64,000 bases of DNA. Source: Octopus sinensis (lineage: Eukaryota). The stretch is from contig NC_043017.1 in NCBI RefSeq assembly GCF_006345805.1, forward strand, positions 12,400,001 to 12,464,000. Direction: 5' to 3'. This document shows positions 1-13,977 of this stretch, in pieces. Each line of letters opens with the position of its first letter. Position 1 is the stretch's first letter. The translations under genes and the position numbers were made by a program. The notes beneath the pieces were generated by a model. That model had not been told where the DNA came from. It saw nothing but the letters and a program-made list of their open reading frames with translations, and ran no database searches.

Positions 1-157
1 TTTTCTATGAAAACCCCCATTTTTTACGATTTTTTTTACTGCTGTGTCGCCATTTTTCGGTGTATTTCAACCAGAAAAATGCAAAATTTTTACTTTTCAA
101 AAATTCCAATTCTAAAGGGTCGAAACAAACCCGAGCAACGCCGGGCGATACTGCTAG
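1..157 (+). mobile_element. 3' end of a non-autonomous Helitron (runs off window start)
   Basis: Ends with hairpin CCCGAGCAACGCCGGG then CGATACTGCTAG|T, identical to the 3' ends of the copies at 17915-18300 and 34231-34629; internal sequence differs (subfamily). Confidence 0.75.
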
Positions 158-1488
158 TAGTTAAATAAATTAGTTGAATTAAATTTTTTTAATAAAAAGG
201 CATTACACTTTGAATTAAATTTTTTTATAAAAAGGCATTACACTAACATTCACCCTTAAACTGTTAATGTCTTGCATATTTTTATTTTTGTGCTGAATGA
301 ACGACGCAACTACGTTCTTTATGCAAAGTCGTATTTTCGTTCGGACGGGTTTCGTCGAGACGGATTTTGTTCAGACGGGTTTCGTTCAGACATGTTCTGT
401 TCCTCCAGGAATAAAGGGTAGTAATAATAATGGTTCGTGTACATGCGCACGTACGTACGGACGTACGTATGTATATATGTATATATGTATGTATTATTTT
501 AGCGTCGGTTTAGTATTTCCAGTTGTATTTGTCGTTTGTTGCTGATTGATTATTATTTAACTTCAGATCACTACAGATCGAAGAGACATTATTGATCAAA
601 GATATTTCAATCCTGACCATGCCACTGTTTTCTTTTGATGAAGGTGGTGGCCGTGGAAGTCGTCGTGGTAGTAGTGACCGTCGTGGCGTTGCTGTTGTTG
701 TTGTTGTTGCTGGTGGTGGTGATGGTGGTGGTGTTCGTCGCCATCGTCGTCATGGTAGGGGTAGGAGCTCAGGCTTTCTTGTAACGTTGTTCCTTTATTT
801 TTGTTTGGTATCATCTATTGATGGATTGATTCCTTCTTTTGTTGCTGCTGTTGCGGAGTTCTTGGCATTCAAGAGAATTAAGGAATTGGTTTTGGTTTTG
901 AGATGCGTGGGTGTGTATGTATGCGTGTGTGATATGAATGTGTGTATATGCATGTGTAATGTGATGTGACATGTATATGATGAGACGTGTGTGTGTGTGT
1001 GTTTGTGCGTGATGTGAAATGTGTGTGATGTAATATGATATGTATGCGTAGGATGTGAAGTGTGCATGTATGTGTGCGCGTGTATTATGTGATGTGAAAT
1101 GTGTGTGCATGTGTATGTGTGATTCGTGCAGTAAAGTTAGTCTTTTGTCTCTGTAAGTGTTGGATGTGTTGTGTTTGTTGCTGCTTCTATTTAACCACAG
1201 GCCATCCCTAATCGAAAAGATATTTGCAATCAAAACCATTTCAACCACGTCCCTTCTATTAATTTATTTCAGAGGTTATTCTGTTCGTGGTATCCTTCCT
1301 TTGGTGTAATTTGGGGGAAGATTTCGCTTCTATTTCTATCTGGAATCTTTCTGTTAGAACGCAAAGAGACAGAACATACCGTCTTTGCCGACGTATAGGA
1401 CACACCCCTATTTTTACAAAACAAATTTATCATACACTTACTGGAAGATATTTTAAACTGGTTCCTAAGAGGGGGATGTTACACATTC

Positions 1489-1490
<2 letters not shown>

Positions 1491-1519
<29 letters not shown>

Positions 1520-1776
1520 TGTGTACAGTGCTCAGGTGCACTACAACTCATCTAAAGTGTATATATAATCAGGTGTAGTTTCGGCGGATTTCGGAAAGCA
1601 TGAGGGCCTTAAAGGATGCAGTGTCATGGCAGTCAACAACTGACGCAGGCAGTTTATTCAATGCTTCAGCAACTCTGAGCGTGAAAAAATGTTTCCGAAA
1701 GTCATGGGAGCTGTGTTGTTTTCTGACTTTGTAGGCATGTCCACGTGTGTTGGACACATGGAGATCAAAAAGGTGT
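1491..1776 (-). mobile_element. 5'-truncated CR1-like LINE 3' end (ORF2 C-terminus, short UTR, (ATT)n tail)
   Basis: Translation HLFDLHVSNTRGHAYKVRKQ..FFTLRVAEALNKLPASVV..SFK matches the CR1/L2-group ORF2 C-terminal pattern TRGH..FF..RV...WN.LP..VV..FK; near-identical copy at 62801-63123. Confidence 0.85.
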
Positions 1777-2156
1777 ATACGTAGGTATACGTATGTAGAA
1801 TACATCCCCACTATTGGCACTATTTTGTTAGTAAACAGTATGAGCTACGTCTAAGGGGATACACACAACGCGTATCACTCGGCTGTATGTTGAGAGTTCG
1901 CTAAACAGGTTAAGCAAAATAAACACGTAAAACAATAACAATGCCTTCATTGAGTTGTCTATCATCCCATCAAGAAAGAAACAATGCATAACAGGGGATA
2001 TGTACGATTCTATGCATGTACTATATTATGATAGTATACAGGAATAAATTTGAAACCATAAATTTATAAATAAACTACGTTGTGAGAGTACCGTATCCCT
2101 ATTTTACAAATGGAGTTTTATACATTTCATAATTTACTGTCATAAATAAACTAATA

Positions 2157-2542
2157 GGAGCACTCCGTCGGTTGCGACGATGAGGGTCCCAGCTGATACG
2201 ATCAACGGAACAGCTTGCTCGTGATATTAACGTGCAAGAGGCTGAGCATTCCACAGACACGTGTACCCTTAACGTAGTTCTCGGGGAGATTCAGCGTGAC
2301 ACACAGGATGTGACAAGGCTGGCCCCTTGAAATACAGGTACAAGAGAAACAGGAAGAAAGAGTGAGAGAAAGTTGTGGTGAAAGAGTACAGCAGGGTTCA
2401 CCACCACCCCCTGCCGGAGCCTCGTGGAGCTTTAGGTGTTTTTCGCTCAATAAACACTCACAATGCCCGGTCTGGGAATCGAAACCGCGATCCTCCGACC
2501 GCGAGTCCGCTGCCCTAACCACTGGGCCATTGCGCCTCCACC
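2157..2542 (-). mobile_element. tRNA(Arg)-like SINE, family B, full length with TSD
   Basis: Minus-strand head GGAGGCGCAATGGCCCAGTGGTTAGGGCAGCGGACTCGCGGTCGGAGGATCGCGGTTTCGATTCCC with A and B boxes and a TCG anticodon-like loop; flanking direct repeat ATAAATAAACTA at 2142-2153 and 2543-2554. Confidence 0.85.
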
Positions 2543-2982
2543 ATAAATAAACTACGATATGGGAGTACCTTATTTCAATTTTAAATCCTTTCAAGCCAGT
2601 TGTATAGGTGTTTATATTTTGGTCAAGAGAATTGTCATTCAGGGTGTAAAACTCGTATTTCTGGCTATGATGTTTTGTTTAATCGCAAGAAGCCACCGGG
2701 GTAGTGAAATACTGCTTTGGTTTTATTGTCATCCATTCACCGCAAATAGCTGACAGGCGGGTGAAAGTTTATTCACTCTCCTCTCATCTTTCTAGAAAAA
2801 TTTCTCACTTAGACAAATAAAAAAAAAATGGCGTTTCTTTTTTTTTTTTTTTTTTTCTAAGGTAATAGTTTCGTTAAATATTGTATGATGTATATTAGGC
2901 GTTGGTTATGAATATTGGGAAAGGATGTCGATTGTGATAAGCTGGCTTGTTTTCAATATTTTATAATTAGTAACAATTAAAG

Positions 2983-3155
2983 TGGCGAGCTGGCGGAATC
3001 GTGTCCATCCTTACGTTCCGAGTTCAAATTCTGCCGAGGTCAACTATTCTTTCCGTCCTTTCGAGGACGGTAAGAATAAGTACCAGTTGAGCACTTGAGT
3101 CGATGTAATCCATTAATCCACTACATAGAAATTATTGGTCATCTGCCGAAATTTG
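2983..3155 (+). mobile_element. SINE family C (GGCGAGCTGGCAGAA head), diverged
   Basis: Similar to 22664-22890 and 63255-63480 (GAGTTCAAATTCCGCCGAGGTCGAC...CATCCTTTCGGGGTCGATAA...AAGTACCAG). Confidence 0.75.
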
Positions 3156-3520
3156 AAGCTGCTAACCAGCCACATAGTTCCGGGTTCAGTCCCACTGCGT
3201 GGCATCTTGGGCAAGTGTCTTCTGCTATAGCCTCGGGCCGACCAAAGCCTTATGAGTGGATTTGGTAGACGGAAACTGAAAGAAGCCTGTCGTATATATG
3301 TATGTGTGTGTATATGTTTGTGTGTCTGTGTTTGTCCCTCTAGCATTGCTTGACAACCGATGCTGATGTGTTTGCGTCCTCGTCACTTGGCGGTTCGGCA
3401 AAGGAGACCGATAGAACGAGTACTGGGCTTACAAAGAATAGGTCCCGGGGTCGATTTGCTCGACTAAAGGCGGTGCTCCAGCATGGCCGCAGTCAAATGA
3501 CTGAAACAAGTAAAAGAGTA
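3156..3520 (+). mobile_element. SINE family A (tRNA head, CORE-like domain, internal microsatellite, structured tail)
   Basis: GGTTCAGTCCCACTGCGTGGCATCTTGGGCAAGTG core and tail GGCGGTGCTCCAGCATGGCCGCAGTCAAATGACTGAAACAAGTAAAAGA; about 20 copies or fragments in the window. Confidence 0.85.
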
Positions 3521-3546
3521 AATATTTTTAGTATTAGTAGCAATCA

Positions 3547-3925
3547 AGGCGGCGAGCTGGCAAAATCGTTAGCACACCGGACAAAATGTTTAGCGACAAT
3601 TTCGTCCGTCTTTACGTTCTGAGTTCAAATTCCGCCGAGGTCGACTTCGCTTTTCTTCTTTTCGAGGTCGATAAAATAAGCATCATTGAGTACTGGGGTC
3701 AAGGTAATCAACCTTCCCTCAAAACTACTAGTGACGGTGCGTGGCTTAGTCATTAGGGGTGTTGGACTCATCGCTTGACAACCGATGCTGGTGTGTTTTC
3801 GTCCTCGTAAACTAGCGTTTCGACAAAAGACACCTAAAGAATAAGTCCTGGTGTCGATTTGCTCGACTAAAAGCGGTGCTCCAGCATGACCGCAATCAAA
3901 TGACTGAAACGAGTTAAAGAATAAA
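3547..3925 (+). mobile_element. Adjacent SINE family C copy and family A 3' half
   Basis: Family C head at 3547-3715; family A tail from ~3770 to 3925. Confidence 0.75.
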
Positions 3926-3963
3926 AGAATATATGTATACCCATTTCCTTCCGATCATTCAAA

Positions 3964-4162
3964 ATGTGACCGCGTGTGTACCGTTGGCGATTTTTTTTCC
4001 TCTGTCTTCCCTTCTCTGGATCTTTCCTTCTCCTACATTTCCGACGAAGAGCTCCGCTCGAAACGTTAAACCCTCCTTCTTTCCTTCTTTCCTGAGCATC
4101 CAATAATACTATATTTGTTCCACGTCTCGCGTTGTTGTGTTTTTTGTGTTTCATGTTTGGAT

Positions 4163-4167
<5 letters not shown>
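3964..4167 (+). mobile_element. ~200 bp element with minimal hammerhead motif (probable Penelope-like pLTR relic) abutting (TA)n
   Basis: Second copy at 48124-48328; contains CCGACGA-A-GAGC-tcc-GCTC-GAAA-CG-TT-AAAC at 4041-4071; followed directly by (TA)n. Confidence 0.65.
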
Positions 4168-4247
<80 letters not shown>

Positions 4248-5081
4248 CACACACACATACACATACATACATGCATACATACATGCATATACATATATGT
4301 GTGATCCGGGGCAATAGTAGAAGCCACAGGCTCAAGGGGTTCCACGTAGTGGGACTGAACCCGGAACCATATGGCCAGGAGGCGAAACTTCTTACAACGC
4401 AACCACACCAGCGATAAATTTAATTCATCGTTAATATCAAAGAAGAAGAAAAAAAGCCAAAAAAAAAAGCAAAAAAAACCCCATCCCTTAACAGTATAAA
4501 AAAAATCTTCTAACCTAGAACCACAAAACATCTATAGATAGATATAGAACTATCAATTGTGGTTCGATTACAATAAAATCTATAGCTATAAAAAAAAATT
4601 TAATGTAGCACCAATAAATATTTATAAAATTCGATATAACCTGATAATGATTACACGGCTTACCCTGCATCATAATTTAACAACCTTCACCTTAAATAAA
4701 CGAACACAATTCATTCTACTAAACCCATTTATTTACATCATAAATTCGCCATAATACTGACTCCATGTTTGTTAATATTCTTTCTACTCTTACTGCTACT
4801 CCTGTTCTTCTCTGCGCCTTCTTCTTTACTATATTATTTAGTCGTTTCTTTTTTTTCTTTTTGCTTTTGGTGAAATTTTTTGCTTCTAAAATTTATTTAC
4901 TTTCCATTTAGCCATTTTCCTCTTCTTAACCTTTATATTACCTTCAGTTCCTCCGCCCCCATTGGTGCTTTTGATCGATGCACGAATCAAACTCCATCGC
5001 CACAACCACCACCACCACCATCATCAGAACCATCACCACCATCACCACCATCACTGCTATAACAATGTAATGTATATGCAT

Positions 5082-5375
5082 GTGTGAGTGTATTTGGTAG
5101 ACTGGAACTGAAAGAAGCCCGTCGTATATGTGTGTGTGTGTGTTGTGTGTGCGCGCGCGTGTGTGTGCGCGCGTGTGTGTGCGTGTCCCTTCAACATCGC
5201 TTAACAACCGATGCTGGTGTGTTTACGTCCACGTAACATAGCAGTTCGGCAAAAGAGACCGACAGAATAAGTACTAGGCTTACAAAGAATAAGTCCTGGG
5301 GGTCGATTTGCTCGACTAGAGGCGGTGCTCCAGCATGGCCGCAGTCAAATGACTGAAACAAGTAAAAGGGAGAGT
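5082..5375 (+). mobile_element. SINE family A, 5'-truncated
   Basis: Matches the family A body and tail. Confidence 0.8.
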
Positions 5376-5399
5376 ATTTATACATACATGTATATATAT

Positions 5400-5624
5400 G
5401 GCCGAAATCAGATCGCCATGTTGATTCGCTAGCCTCTGCCCCCCCCTTTTTTTTCTCCTTGTTTCTTTCTGTGTTTCTTTTCTGTGTATCTTTCTGTTGA
5501 AGAGCGTAGGCTCGAAACGTAAAAGACTTGTTTTATTTATATTCCTGAGCGCCATACTAATACAATTGTTTGTTTGTATTCCACTTGCCTTCGCCTTTTG
5601 TTTATTTTCATAAAGCTTCCCGTT

Positions 5625-5625
<1 letters not shown>
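5400..5625 (+). mobile_element. Short element with minimal hammerhead motif (probable Penelope-like pLTR relic) abutting (TA)n
   Basis: TCTTT-CTGTTGA-A-GAGC-gtag-GCTC-GAAA-CG-TA-AAAGA at 5489-5526; downstream TGAGC..AATA..TTGTT layout shared with 3964-4167 and 20800-20940. Confidence 0.6.
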
Positions 5626-5659
<34 letters not shown>

Positions 5660-6039
5660 TCATTTATTATTCATATATTTCATTTATTAATATATATATA
5701 TATATATATTAAGATATGTAGAAAAATACAAACAGGGACAAGAACGCATAACTCTTAGAAGACGATACAATAAACACGGACAGGACATTCGAAGCCCTCA
5801 GTCAAGAACCGGATCATCGTAGTAATTTCGGCTGATTAATCTTGAGATTACTAGATCCGGCCAGCCCTCCAAGAAAAACTAAGCAACGAGCATTAGAAAA
5901 ACTAAGCTGGGAGCGTAGATTTCCTGGAAGAAGGATCGAATGCATACGAACACCGGGACAGCAAAAAGGACGAATATAAAAAGCAAAAAACAATAATGGA
6001 ATACAAAAACATGAAATACAAAAGCAATAACGGTGAAAA

Positions 6040-7289
6040 CAGGGTTGGATAAAATAATGGAAACACCTATAAATTTCAAACAAATTTATGTTAATATGGG
6101 GTTCGACTGCCTTTGGCAGTGATTACAGCTTGAATTCTACGAGGTATGGTCTCGTACAAAGTTTGATTGTTTCCACAGGGATTTTTGTCTATTCTTCAGC
6201 TAAAACAGGCTCCAGTTCTTGTAGTGATGATGGTGGATGATATCGACACTTTACTTGTTTTTCTAAAATGCACCATAAATGTTCAATAATATTGAGATAT
6301 GGGGACTCTGGTGGTTAGATAAGATGTTCAACTTCACTAGAATGTTCCTCGCGCCATTCAGTAACAAGTTTTAGCTGTGTGAATTGGTGCATTATCACCC
6401 TGAAAGATTGCGCTTCCCGCCGGAAACAGTTCCACAACCATAGGATGAATTTGATCAGATGAAATTCTTAAATAGTCTTGACTATTAATTCTGCCGTGAA
6501 AGGAAATCATTGGGTCAGCGGATTTCCAAGATATAGCCTCCCCCCCCCCGAGCCTCACAGATCCTCCTCCATGTTTAACAGTGGGAAGAAGGCAGTCTGG
6601 GTCAAATGATTTTTTTTGGCTGTCTCCACACGTATATTCGGCCGATGGTCGGAATTAAAGTAAAGGATGACTCGTGCGAGAAAATAACATTCGTCCGCTG
6701 CTCTTGGGACCAATTCTGTAGGTTTTTACTCACTCTAAACGCTTTGCAACGTTTGTTTTTGAAAGTGGTGATTTTCTGGTTGCAGTCCTCCCGTGAAATC
6801 CAGCTTTGCGCAGCTCCCGGCGAACAGTTTTTGTGGTAACTGGGTTCTCGAGGTGGTCATTAAGCTCTACAGTAATTTTGGGAGCTATACTTTTGTGATC
6901 CTTTCTAACAATTCGCGTAAGAGTTCGACGGTCCCTACCTGAAAGTTTTGGTTTTCTTCCGGAGTTTTGTTTCGACGAGGAGGTTTTCCCTCTTCCTCAA
7001 AGGCTGTCATTACTTTCGAGACAGAACTTCTAGATACACCAAACATTTCGGCTGTTTTCGTTACGCTAGCGCCTGCCATACGAGCACCAACAATTTGACC
7101 TCTTTGAAAGTCCAATAGATCTGTCATTTTAATGAATTTTAATTACCTTTTTCTGATGATATCTGAAAAGAAACTGCAATTTTAGCGAAAACATATTAAG
7201 CAACACTAATAATAAATAAAAAATAAACAAACTTTTGACGGTTTTATAGATATTTCAAAATTATGATGATATGATGCTAGGTGTTTCCA
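6040..7289 (-). mobile_element. Tc1-family DNA transposon, degenerate
   Basis: Left TIR CAGGGTTGGATAAAATAATGGAAACACCTA (6040-6069); partial right TIR TAGGTGTTTCCA (7278-7289); encloses a transposase pseudogene. Confidence 0.9.
6091..7127 (-). pseudogene. Tc1 DD34E transposase pseudogene (frameshifted)
   Basis: N-terminal HTH MTDLLDFQRGQIVGARMAGASVTKTAEMFGVSR; catalytic-region motifs VIFSHESS (first D lost), TVKHGGG, FQGDNAPIH, SPYLNIIEHLW; ends TPY*; several frameshifts. Confidence 0.92.
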
Positions 7290-8200
7290 AAGCAAACCAA
7301 ACATATACTAAGTATGTTTATATTTGCTAATTGGGAGGTGGAGTGAAAAAGTGTTAGTAAAAACTAGGAGCGAGAGTTACAATGTTTAGGAAGCACTAAT
7401 ATAAAATTTCTCTACAAGGCAAGGGTTACTTGAATTTTAAATGCATATGCCTATAAATATTAGTAGCCTCTTCTTCGTCTCTCAATTTCCAAACATATTT
7501 TGAAAGTGTTGTGGTGTTTTCCTAGTGATGATGACGGAACGAGCTGTTGTGCTGGTAGAAGTGATACTTGAAAGAGTGCTCTGTTAGCCATATGTAGCTT
7601 GTTGGTGTGTTGTGGGTGATGATGATTTAATCTTGGCGCTGTTAACCATCAAAGTTCACGTTGATTCTTCCAACTGTTACACATTCCTAACATCGAAACA
7701 TTTGTTTTAGCTGTTACATTATATTTTCTACCACCGGATGAAGAAGAAGAAGAAAAGGAGGAGGAAGTAGAAGAGGAGGAGGAGGAAGTTGAAGAAAATG
7801 ATGAGGAGGTGGTAGTAGTAGTAGTAGTAGTAGTAGCAGCAGTAGTGGTGGTGCTGGTGGTGGTTTTGGTGGTGGCGGCGGCGGTGGTGGTGGTGGTGGC
7901 GGTGGTGGATGATGATGATGATGAGGAGGAGGAGCAGGGGTGGAGGGAGAGTGAATGAATGTTTCTAAGAATTCGTTCTCTAAGTGGAGTAATAAAAGTA
8001 CGCAACTCTTTTTGTAGAGGTTTATCACGTGACTTCACACAATCATTATTGCTGCCGTCTTTTTCAAAAAATTTTCAATGTGCAACCTTAATTTTAATTA
8101 AACAGCGGAACGTTTCTTTATTAGAGGACTTGAAACAGGAACAAAAGCAGACGATAGAAACATGCCTCTGTCTCTGATTGCCAGTTTATGTGCTAGTGTG

Positions 8201-8270
<70 letters not shown>

Positions 8271-8389
8271 TGTGTGTGTGTGTGGTGTGTGTGTGTGAGT
8301 GTATGGGTGTATGTGTGTGTGTGAGAGAGACTTCACGTCATTTTTTTTTCAACGACCCTTCCTTTTATTTCTCTCTCACTTTTCCTCTG

Positions 8390-9190
8390 CATGTCTGTCT
8401 ATCTGTCTGTCTGTCTGTCTGTCAGTCTCTCTCCCTCCCTCTCACACTGTCTCTCTCAATCTGTCTGCCTATCTGTCTGTGTCTGTCTGTGTCTGTCTGT
8501 CTGTCTCTCCCCCGCCTCTCTCTCTCAGGAACACTACTCTTTTTCTCTTCATGAATAACTCTTAGTCTTTTCCTCTTTTCTTTCTTTCTACCTTTCTTCT
8601 TTTTCTCTCGTCAACATGTCGTCTGCCACTCATTCCATTTTAACTTTCATCTTTCTTCATTTCTCTCTCTCCCTTCATTCCCTCACACCCATCCTCCCTC
8701 TCTACGTTATTCTCTCTCCCTCCCTCTTACACTGTCTATCTCAATCTGTCTGTCTATCTGTCTGTGTCTGTCTCTCTCTCTCTCTCAGGAACACTACTCT
8801 TTTTCTCTTCATGAATAACTCTTAGTCTTTTTCCTCTTTTCTTTCTTTCTACCTTTCTTCTTTTTCTCTCGTCACCTTGTCGTCTGCCACTCATTCCATT
8901 TTAACTTTCATCTTGCTTCATTTTTCTCTCTCCCTTCATTAACTCACACCCATCCTCCCTCTCTACGTTATTCTCTCTCCCTCCCTCTCACACTGTCTCT
9001 CTCAATCTGTCTGCCTATCTGTCTGTGTCTGTCTCTCTCTCTCTCTCCCCTCTCTCTCTCAGGAACACTACTCTTTTTCTCTTCATGAATAACTCTTAGT
9101 CTTTTCCTCTTTTCTTTCTTTCTACCTTTCTTCTTTTTCTCTCGTCACCATGTCGTCTGCCACTCATTTCATTTTAACTTTCATCTTGCT
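8390..9190. repeat. Triple tandem duplication (~260-275 bp unit) of pyrimidine-rich sequence
   Basis: CAGGAACACTACTCTTTTTCTCTTCATGAATAACTCTTAGTC recurs at ~8526, ~8786 and ~9060. Confidence 0.85.
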
Positions 9191-9869
9191 TTCTTTCTTT
9201 CTCTCTCTCCCTCCCTTCACTCCCTCACACCCATCACCCCTCTCTCTTGCTCTCCCTCCCCTTCTCTCTCTTTCTACTACATTATTCTATCTGCTCCCTG
9301 TAATATATTTCTTTTCGTTTCTTAACCTTTTCTTGTTCTAGTTCTTTCTTTCTTACCGTCTTTCTTTCCTTCTTCTCTGTCTTTTCTCATTCTCTAGTCT
9401 GCCACCCCTTCTCTCTTCAAACTTTTATACTTTTTTCTCTCTCTTACTTGCACTCTCCTTCTCTCCCTCTTTCCCCCCTCTCTCTCTCACACACACAGCT
9501 GCATTACTCTGACTTCTACCATATATTTCTCTTCAGAAATAATCTTCGTCTTTTCCTGTTGCCTTTCTTTCTTTCTTTCTTCCTTTCTTTCTTTCTGTCT
9601 TCTCTTTCATCTTCTTGTCTGCCACTCACTTTCTGTTTTAACTTTCATCTCTCTTTCTCTCTCGCACGTTCACACTATCTCTCCCTCTCCCACTCTCCCT
9701 CTCACTCACTCCCTCTCCTCACTCTACTCATCGCTCTCCCTCTCTCTCTTTCCTCCTCTTTCAAACCCTTCTCTCCTTTCTGTCTTCACTCTCCATTTCT
9801 CTGTCTCCACTCTCCATTTCCTCTTTCTCATCCTCCTTTCAATTATTCTTCATCTCTATCACCTCTTTA

Positions 9870-12002
<2,133 letters not shown>

Positions 12003-12715
12003 ACTACGAAGCGGTGACAGGAGCGAAAATCAACCGGGAAAAATCAGTGGGCTTGCGACTCGGCACCTGGAGAAGCAAGCCCATGCCGTCTACCAGCGCC
12101 TCCGTCGTAAGACGCTGGACCGACGGTCCGGTCGAGTTGATCGGGGTCTGGTTTGGTCCGGACCTCCAAATGGAGAAAAACTGGAACGAGATAAGGAGTA
12201 GGGTGGTCACTCTCGCCCGACAATGGGCAGAGAGGAAACTGTCCCTAAAATGTCGGGCGGAGGTGGCGAACTCGTACATCGCGTTCGTCTTCTACTACCG
12301 CCTGACCGTCGTGCCTTGTCCCGACCCTACCATCACCAAACTAGAACGCATTTTCTTTCGCTTCTTGTGGAAAGGATGCGTCCCGATGGTCAGACGATCC
12401 ATTTGCTGTCAACACCCGTTAAAAGGAGGACTGGGCATGCTGTGGTTGATGATGCGCAGACACGCGCTGAGACTGCGACATCTCAGGCTCTACGTAGACG
12501 ACGATGAACAAGTATGGTCGTCGTTTGTGAGGCACGCTTTCCCGCAACTCGTCTCCATGACCGAACTGCAGTCGTGGATCAAAAAGAGGCCGAGGAAGGG
12601 CGAATGGCACCGCGAGCGTCGCGTTGCTCTCAAGCAACTCTGCCGTACCGGGTCGACCTTGAGTGACTTCAGCACAACCAAAGCATTCTATAGGGGATTA
12701 GTGGAGGGGAGGTAC
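12003..12715 (+). pseudogene. L1/Tx1-clade LINE ORF2 fragment (RT thumb and downstream region), uninterrupted frame
   Basis: YEAVTGAKINREKS..WAERKLSLKCR..LERIFFRFLW..KGGLGM match L1/Tx1 ORF2 motifs (SGAKINxxKS, LSLxGR, FLW, GGLG); GC-rich with no stop over ~710 nt. Confidence 0.85.
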
Positions 12716-13593
12716 TTTGCGAATGCCTTCAATAAAGTCGATCATAGAACAATATATCAGAAGTTGCGTGATCTTGGCATATTTAGAAAACTAGAAGAGA
12801 GGCAACACAACATTCTGAAAGATAGAAATCGGGTAGTAGCAGCCAACGGGGTCACCTCCAAGTAAACGCAAATAATGAGAGGTATCCCACAAGGTACTGT
12901 CTCGGGGCCAATACAGTTCATAGTGGCCCTCTTAAATATGTCCACATCTACATAGAAATCCACCCCCACAAGCTGTGCAGATGAGACAGAAGTCTCACAA
13001 AACCCTGAAGATTGCATGCACCTGCAACAAAAGTTTGATGCAATATACAGGTGGGCTGACAACAACAATATACAGTTTAATTCTAGAAAGTTCCAAGCCC
13101 TACACTATCACCAGACAAAGTTAAATGCAATGCGGACAAAATACACTGGACCTGGAGGGATCGCAAATCCAGAATCAGAATCATTGCGTGACCTGGGCAT
13201 TGATCAGAGTGGTGATGCATCGTTCCAGGTACATATTACTAAGTTGGCAATGAAATGCAGGAGGTTGACCGGATAGATTCTTAGAACTTTAAGAACAAGA
13301 GAACAGAAAACCACGATGGCTCTCCAGGGAACTTTTGTCTTGATGTTGCTCCCAACTATGGTCACTACAGTACGAAATTAATAGCAGAACTCGAAGAAGT
13401 CCAATGATGTACAGGAAGATAGCCTCAATACAGCAGATTAGCGACTAGGAAAGACTCAAGAGGTTAAAACTTTAGTCCCTGGAACGAAGGCAGGAAAGCT
13501 ATGATGCAGTATACATCTAGAAGATCCTGGAAGGATCTGTTCCAAACTTTGGTGATGAAAATTATACTTTCCCCAGAACAGGGCGCCACTGCA
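12714..13593 (+). pseudogene. Decayed CR1-like LINE reverse transcriptase
   Basis: FANAFNKVDH (DFxKAFDxVxH), RGIPQGTVSGP (GVPQGxVLGP), CADET (YADDT), WADNNNIQFNSRKF, RDLGI; several stops and frameshifts. Confidence 0.85.
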
Positions 13594-13805
13594 TCATCAT
13601 CATCATTGTTCGACCGTGGTCGAGACAACGGAATTTACCATGCTACGCCAGACTTCACGGTCCATCATGGCATTACGGAGGTCCTGTTGCTGATGCCTGT
13701 ATCCCTGGAGATTACATCAGGGTAGGAGAGTGTGCGCCCTCTGGTATTGCGAGTAGATGGCTTCCAGAGGAGAAGAGTAGAAATTATTTCTTTTTCAGCT
13801 CTACT
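13594..13805 (-). mobile_element. RTE-clade LINE 3' end with (TGA)n tail
   Basis: Minus translation ISTLLLWKPSTRNTRGRTLSYPDVISRDTG..DLRNAMMDREVWRSMV matches RTE ORF C-termini; ends in TGATGATGA. Confidence 0.75.
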
Positions 13806-13977
13806 AGCCTGTAACTTAGCGGTTTGGCAAAAGACACCGATAGAATAAGTACTAGATTTACAAAGAATAAGTCCTGGGGTCGATTTCTCCGACTAAAACC
13901 CTTTAACGCGGTGCTACAGCATGGCCGCAGTCAAATGACAGAAACAAGTAAAAGAATAAAAGATTATATATATACAT

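Noticed and set aside
2460-2542. tRNA-Arg gene (also 44578-44650 and 45415-45490)
   Set aside because: tRNA-like SINE heads: no proper acceptor stem or terminator, and they continue into SINE bodies (TSD seen at 2157-2542).
7150-7185. CTGATGA..GAAA hammerhead-like words
   Set aside because: Only 5 nt between core elements with no stem II; lies in the Tc1 leader.
7649-8038. Ser/Thr-rich 129-aa ORF (mucin-like)
   Set aside because: Driven by trinucleotide runs, has an in-frame stop just upstream, no ATG and no clear splice sites.
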